Shown here: piece by piece, positions 59,466 to 64,000 of the stretch
Numbering within the stretch: position 1 is the first letter of the stretch
Layout of the letters: every line of letters starts with the position of its first letter
Program-made: the position numbers and the translations under genes
DNA from: an uncultured Chloroflexia bacterium
GTDB lineage: Bacteria; Chloroflexota; Anaerolineae; Anaerolineales; Anaerolineaceae
Direction: 5' to 3'
Length of the DNA stretch: 64,000 nt
Assembly (NCBI GenBank): GCA_963753895.1
Contig: CAVWEE010000005.1
Location: 19,036-83,035 of the forward strand
Notes under the pieces: generated by a model
The model's database searches: none
What the model was told of the DNA's origin: nothing
What the model saw: only the letters and a program-made list of their open reading frames with translations

Positions 59466-61946
59466 ATGGAAATTGGACATAAAGTAGAACCTATCGATAT
59501 TAACAAAGAGATGCGTAGTTCGTACATCGACTATGCGATGAGCGTGATCGTTGCGCGCGCCCTGCCGGATGCGCGAGACGGACTGAAGCCGGTGCACCGC
59601 CGCATCCTGTATGCGATGAATGATATGGGTATCCGGGCCAGCGGCGCGCATAAGAAGTCCGCGCGTATTGTGGGTGAGGTGCTGGGTAAGTACCACCCGC
59701 ACGGGGACTCGTCAGTCTATGAAGCCATGGCGCGCCTCTCGCAGGATTTTTCCCTGCGCTATCCGCTGGTGGATGGTCAGGGTAACTTTGGTTCCATCGA
59801 CGGTGACTCACCGGCAGCGATGCGTTATACCGAAGCCCGTCTGGACCGCCGGGCCGAAGAAATGCTCGTCGATATTGATAAAGAGACCATTGACTGGGGC
59901 GAGAATTTCGACGGCAGTCTCAAGGAACCTCTGGTGCTGCCTGCCCGCCTGCCCAATTTGCTGCTGAATGGTTCTTCCGGTATTGCCGTGGGGATGGCGA
60001 CCAATATCCCTCCGCATAATCTGAATGAGCTTTGTGCGGCATTGATCTATCTGATTGACAATTACGAAGAAGCTGAATCTGTCGGACCTGAGAAATTGAT
60101 GGAATTTGTCAAGGGGCCTGATTTCCCCACGGGCGGCGTGATCGCCAGCCGGGAAACAATCCTGCAGGCATACAGCACCGGACGCGGCAAGATCATTGTG
60201 CGCGGACAGGTGGAAATCCGCCCGATGACGAGCGGCCGTATGTCGATCGTGATCACTGAGATCCCCTATCAATTGAATAAAACCAGCCTGATCGAGCGCA
60301 TTGCTGAACTGGTGCGCGGCGGGCGGCTGGATGGAATTTCTGATCTGCGCGATGAGTTGGACCGCGACGGGATGAATATTGTCATCGAGGTCAAACGCGG
60401 GGCACAGCCGCAGCGCATTGTGAACCAGTTGTACAAATACACCGCCCTGCAATCGACCTTCGGGGTCAACCTGCTGGCGCTGGTGAATGGCGAGCCGCGC
60501 CTGTTGTCACTCAAACGCGCGCTGCTGATCTACATTGAACACCGTTTTGACGTGATCACCCGCCGTTCGGAATTTGAGCTGGCAAAAGCCCGCCGCCGTA
60601 AACATATCCTGGAAGGCTTGTTGATCGCCCTGGCGAATCTGGATGATATCATCAACACCATCCGCCAGGCGCCCGACGCAGACGTTGCCAAAGAAAACCT
60701 GATGACCCGTTTCAAGTTGTCCGATGTACAGGCGCAGGCCATCCTTGACCTGCAACTGCGCCGTCTGGCTGCCCTGGAGCGGATGAAGATCGAAGACGAG
60801 ATGCGCGAGGTGAAAGAATTTGTAGCGTATCTGGAAGACTTGCTTGCGCATCCTGAGAAAATCCGCGCCTTGATTAAGGAAGACCTGGAGCAGATCACCG
60901 AGAAGTACGGCGATGAACGCCGCACCCGCATTCAGAAATATGCTTTCGGCGAGTTCCGTGAGGAAGACCTGGTCAAGGACGAGCCGGTGTTGATCAGTCT
61001 CACCGAGCAAGGGTACATCAAGCGCGTTTCGACCGCTGCCCACCGGGTGCGTAACCGCGGACGGTTGGGGGCTTCTGGCCAGAATTTGCGGGATGAAGAT
61101 GAGATCATGGAAATGATCCACGCCCGCACGCATGATAGTCTGCTGTTCTTCTCTGATCAGGGCAAGGTGTATTGCGATCGTTGTTTCAATATCCCTGAAG
61201 CGGGTCGTGCTGACCGCGGCAAGCCGATCATTAATATGCTGCCGTTGACCACGGAAGAGCAGATCACCGCAGTGGTGGCAGTGCCTGATTTCAAGACGGC
61301 CAAGTATTGCACGATGGTCACGAACAATGGCTATATCAAGCGCGTATCCCTTTCTGAATTTGAAAGTGTACGCCCCTCCGGGTTGATCGCGATCAGTCTG
61401 GAAGATAATGATAAGCTGGGTTGGGTGCGCCTGACCAGCGGTAAGGATGATGTGATCCTGGTGACAGCTTTGGGACGCGCCCTGCGGATGCACGAGGATA
61501 CGGTGCGCGCGATGGGGCGTCAGGCGCGCGGTGTCCATGCGATCACGCTTAAGCCCAATGATTACGTAACGGCGGTCGAGATCAGCGAACCGGACGGTTA
61601 CCTGGCCGTGATCACCGAGCTGGGCTATGGCAAGCGCACGCCTCTGGAAGAATACCCCGTCAAGGGACGCAATACCCAGGGCGTGTACACCACCAATCAC
61701 CGCCACCTGAAAGACATTGGCAAGATCGTGGATGCGCGCGTGGTTCAGGAAGAAGACCAGCTGACCATTATCACTTCAGCCGGCATTGTGCTGAAGATCG
61801 AAGTGACAAGTGTTTCCGTCTCTGGACGTCCTACACGCGGTGTGCATTTGATGGATGTCAAGGATGAGGACAGCGTGGTTTCATTGGCCCGGATTCAGAA
61901 GCTGCCGGAAAGACAGGCGCGAGGCGAGAACTCCCTCCATGGATGA
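59466..61946 (+). CDS. gyrA: DNA gyrase subunit A
   Basis: Intact 826-aa [31 protein letters not shown], the active-site region [10 protein letters not shown] and C-terminal beta-pinwheel repeats. An acidic tail may continue in another frame to 62052. Confidence 0.95.
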   Translation: MEIGHKVEPIDINKEMRSSYIDYAMSVIVARALPDARDGLKPVHRRILYAMNDMGIRASGAHKKSARIVGEVLGKYHPHGDSSVYEAMARLSQDFSLRYPLVDGQGNFGSIDGDSPAAMRYTEARLDRRAEEMLVDIDKETIDWGENFDGSLKEPLVLPARLPNLLLNGSSGIAVGMATNIPPHNLNELCAALIYLIDNYEEAESVGPEKLMEFVKGPDFPTGGVIASRETILQAYSTGRGKIIVRGQVEIRPMTSGRMSIVITEIPYQLNKTSLIERIAELVRGGRLDGISDLRDELDRDGMNIVIEVKRGAQPQRIVNQLYKYTALQSTFGVNLLALVNGEPRLLSLKRALLIYIEHRFDVITRRSEFELAKARRRKHILEGLLIALANLDDIINTIRQAPDADVAKENLMTRFKLSDVQAQAILDLQLRRLAALERMKIEDEMREVKEFVAYLEDLLAHPEKIRALIKEDLEQITEKYGDERRTRIQKYAFGEFREEDLVKDEPVLISLTEQGYIKRVSTAAHRVRNRGRLGASGQNLRDEDEIMEMIHARTHDSLLFFSDQGKVYCDRCFNIPEAGRADRGKPIINMLPLTTEEQITAVVAVPDFKTAKYCTMVTNNGYIKRVSLSEFESVRPSGLIAISLEDNDKLGWVRLTSGKDDVILVTALGRALRMHEDTVRAMGRQARGVHAITLKPNDYVTAVEISEPDGYLAVITELGYGKRTPLEEYPVKGRNTQGVYTTNHRHLKDIGKIVDARVVQEEDQLTIITSAGIVLKIEVTSVSVSGRPTRGVHLMDVKDEDSVVSLARIQKLPERQARGENSLHG

Positions 61947-62183
61947 AGAAGGGGAGGCGGAAGTTGAGCCGGATGATGAACAGAACGTAGAGGAATCTGA
62001 CGGAGGAAGGTCTGGAGACAGACAGTCCGCCGGAAGAATAGATCGCACCTGAAACTGAAATACGAAACCGGTTTCTTTCGCCCATAGTGGATGACCACGA
62101 CGGGAGAAGAAGCCGGTTTTCTTATTAACGCGCACATTGAGCTTGTCAGGGAGGGCCAGTGCTCGTGCGGGATGATGACGATG

Positions 62184-62417
62184 TTAGCCGATGGGCAGCC
62201 AGACCTTACCAGTGAGGATGAGCACAAAAGTTCCCAGGAGGCAGGTCATCATCATCAATAACAGTACAACGATGAAACGCTGCGGCGCGGTAAGACCCAG
62301 GAATCTTGCATCTTCTTTTTTCTTCTTCTTTTTACCCGGTGACGGTTCCGGTGCTTCCGGGATTGGTTCTTCGTCCAGGTAAGATGATGCGGCTGAATTA
62401 CGTAGATCGTCCAGCAT
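62184..62417 (-). CDS. Small membrane protein with K6 tract, unknown
   Basis: Intact 77-aa ORF: acidic/Pro-rich N-terminus, KKKKKK, then one TM helix (FIVVLLLMMMTCLLGTFVLIL). Confidence 0.45.
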   Translation of the reverse strand: MLDDLRNSAASSYLDEEPIPEAPEPSPGKKKKKKEDARFLGLTAPQRFIVVLLLMMMTCLLGTFVLILTGKVWLPIG

Positions 62418-62489
62418 GTTTTATTCTCCTTGTGAACCCCTCTTTATTCAAAGAGTTTCTGCGATTATTTAATAACAATACCATTGCAA

Positions 62490-63275
62490 CTATTGTACCG
62501 GATTTTTACCAATTCGGCGCAAGTGAACATCTCCGGCGGAAAAGCTGCTTTGGGTGCCATCGGCCAGTGTCAGGCGCAGATCACCTTGCGGGCTGATGCC
62601 GCTCAGTCGGCCGGTGATGGTTTTCTGGTCCGGCTGAATGAGCTGTACCTGTTCACCGATGAAGGCCAGGCGGTTTTGCCAGGCCCGCAGGAAGGCGGGG
62701 GAGGGTAACTGCCTCCGCCATGTGAAGAGGGCTTCCAGCAGGGCAGCCAGGAGAGCATAGCGGTCAACGGGCTTTCCCACGGCGGCTTCAATGCAGGTTG
62801 CGGGGAACTGTACCTCGTCAACGGGCGGAACGGACGCCAGCCCGACATTCACGCCGATGCCGAGGATGATTGCCTGGGGCTTGCCGTCTTGCCAGACGCT
62901 CTCGGCCAGAATGCCGGCGGTTTTCCTGTCGTCGAGGAGGACATCGTTGGGCCATTTGATGGCGGGATGGAGATTGTAGCGGGATTCGAGGGCGATGCTC
63001 AGGGCCAGTCCGCCGAGCGGTGAAAACAGGGCCGGTTTGTCCAGCTCTTGTTCCGTGGGGCGCAGCACCAGGCTGAAGGCGAGGGCGCAGCCGGGAGGGG
63101 TGAGCCAGCGGCGGGATAGTCGGCCGCGTCCAGCCGTTTGTGTGTCGGCTACGATCAGTGCTCCGTCCGGCGCGCCGGATGCTGCCCAGGTTTGGGCCAG
63201 GTCATTGGTTGAGGACACGCTTTCATAATAGCGGTACGCTGGTACGGGCAGACAGGAGAGGGCTTCAGGTTCCAT
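62490..63275 (-). CDS. birA: Biotin--[acetyl-CoA-carboxylase] ligase (group I, no HTH)
   Basis: ORF 62490..63311; the start is either 63275 or 63311. STNDLA ... ADTQTAGRGRLSRRW ... IKWPNDVL ... GIGVN are BirA catalytic-domain motifs. Confidence 0.88.
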   Translation of the reverse strand: MEPEALSCLPVPAYRYYESVSSTNDLAQTWAASGAPDGALIVADTQTAGRGRLSRRWLTPPGCALAFSLVLRPTEQELDKPALFSPLGGLALSIALESRYNLHPAIKWPNDVLLDDRKTAGILAESVWQDGKPQAIILGIGVNVGLASVPPVDEVQFPATCIEAAVGKPVDRYALLAALLEALFTWRRQLPSPAFLRAWQNRLAFIGEQVQLIQPDQKTITGRLSGISPQGDLRLTLADGTQSSFSAGDVHLRRIGKNPVQ

Positions 63276-63351
63276 GGTTGAATTGTACTCGCATTTTATT
63301 AACAAAAGCAAAACGCTGTAGTCATCACTTCAATGGTTAATTCGGGCATAC

Positions 63352-63389
63352 AGTTAAAGAAAACCCCGTCAGCGCATGCGCGGACGGGG
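63352..63389 (-). terminator. Rho-independent terminator of hsp20
   Basis: CCCCGTC ... GACGGGG stem. On the minus strand it is followed by TTTTCTTT. Confidence 0.75.
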
Positions 63390-63410
63390 TTATGGAGAGG
63401 AAGCGTACGA

Positions 63411-63830
63411 TTATTTGTCGGTTTTGATCTTGATCGTTTTCGGCATGGCTTCTTCGGCCTTGGGCACACGAAGCTGCAAAATGCCATCGTGCAGTTCTGC
63501 TTCTGCCTTGCTGGCATCAAGTGCATCCGGCAGAGAAATGGAGCGATAGAATTTGCCGAACGGGATTTCGTGGGCGAGCCATTCGCCTTCCTGGCTTTCG
63601 GCCTGTTTCAATTCGCCCTCGATGGTGATGTTTTCATTGACGATCTGGATATTCAGGTCATCTGACTGGACACCGGGCAACAGAGCGGTAACCACAAAGG
63701 CGTCTTCCTGCATATGAACATTCATCGGCACCTTCAGGCGGCGTTCGTATTCCGGCTGGGTTTCCTGGATCATATCGTTCAACATACGGCGGGCCATGCG
63801 GTTGTAAGGGCGGCTAACATAGAGTGTCAT
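63411..63830 (-). CDS. Hsp20/alpha-crystallin-family small heat-shock protein
   Basis: ORF 63411..63884; start likely ATG 63830 (GAGGAG RBS). Alpha-crystallin domain (PMNVHMQEDAFVVTALLPGV ... FYRSISLP ... AELHDGILQLRVPK). Confidence 0.9.
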   Translation of the reverse strand: MTLYVSRPYNRMARRMLNDMIQETQPEYERRLKVPMNVHMQEDAFVVTALLPGVQSDDLNIQIVNENITIEGELKQAESQEGEWLAHEIPFGKFYRSISLPDALDASKAEAELHDGILQLRVPKAEEAMPKTIKIKTDK

Positions 63831-64000
63831 TTTATTTTCTCCTCTTTCAATTGATAAGGTTGTGCGAATATGATTCGCAATCATTTGTGTTTATTTCTAT
63901 ACATAATCATAGACCCCGAATATAAGAGAATTGATAATGAAAGATTGTCGTTTTGTTAGAGGAAAATCTGAAATATATAAGAAATGAAAACGTTCACTGT

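Overview
This is a 64-kb chromosomal window from a moderately GC-rich bacterium. Gene content and repeat style suggest a Chloroflexota/Anaerolineae-like organism, but that is inference only. Housekeeping genes are ppk1, lpdA, glnS, rph, gyrA, birA, hsp20 and tRNA-Val(CAC). Transport genes are two MacB/FtsX-type ABC exporters, an MFS pump, a GntR-controlled sugar ABC importer and a TauE exporter. Regulators include MarR, two TetR, two GntR, XRE, a SigZ-like ECF sigma factor, one NarL-type two-component pair and one REC-PAS-kinase hybrid. I found no transposase, integrase, CRISPR array, rRNA or recognisable defence gene. About 20 genes cannot be translated in one frame. By manual reconstruction there are roughly 50-60 frame breaks, several at homopolymer runs and some in normally indispensable genes. 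Every 'pseudogene' label therefore means 'interrupted as sequenced', not proven decay. The most interesting observations are: (1) a secreted ELW-repeat propeller fused in cis to a sortase domain, with an LPNSG sorting-like motif between them, translationally coupled to a MacAB-like exporter; (2) a low-GC gene encoding three tandem RidA domains (a possible single-chain trimer), behind a promoter bracketed by 18-bp and 26-bp perfect palindromes; (3) a membrane-anchored 24-Cys CxxC-repeat protein in an operon with the c-di-AMP receptor DarA and a DUF389 membrane protein; (4) a dispersed hairpin (REP/terminator-like) repeat family placed just 3' of genes, once as a ~234-bp tandem duplication; (5) a frameshift hotspot covering a sensor kinase and a B12-binding protein / opine-dehydrogenase cluster. 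All family assignments come from reading the translations. No database search was run.
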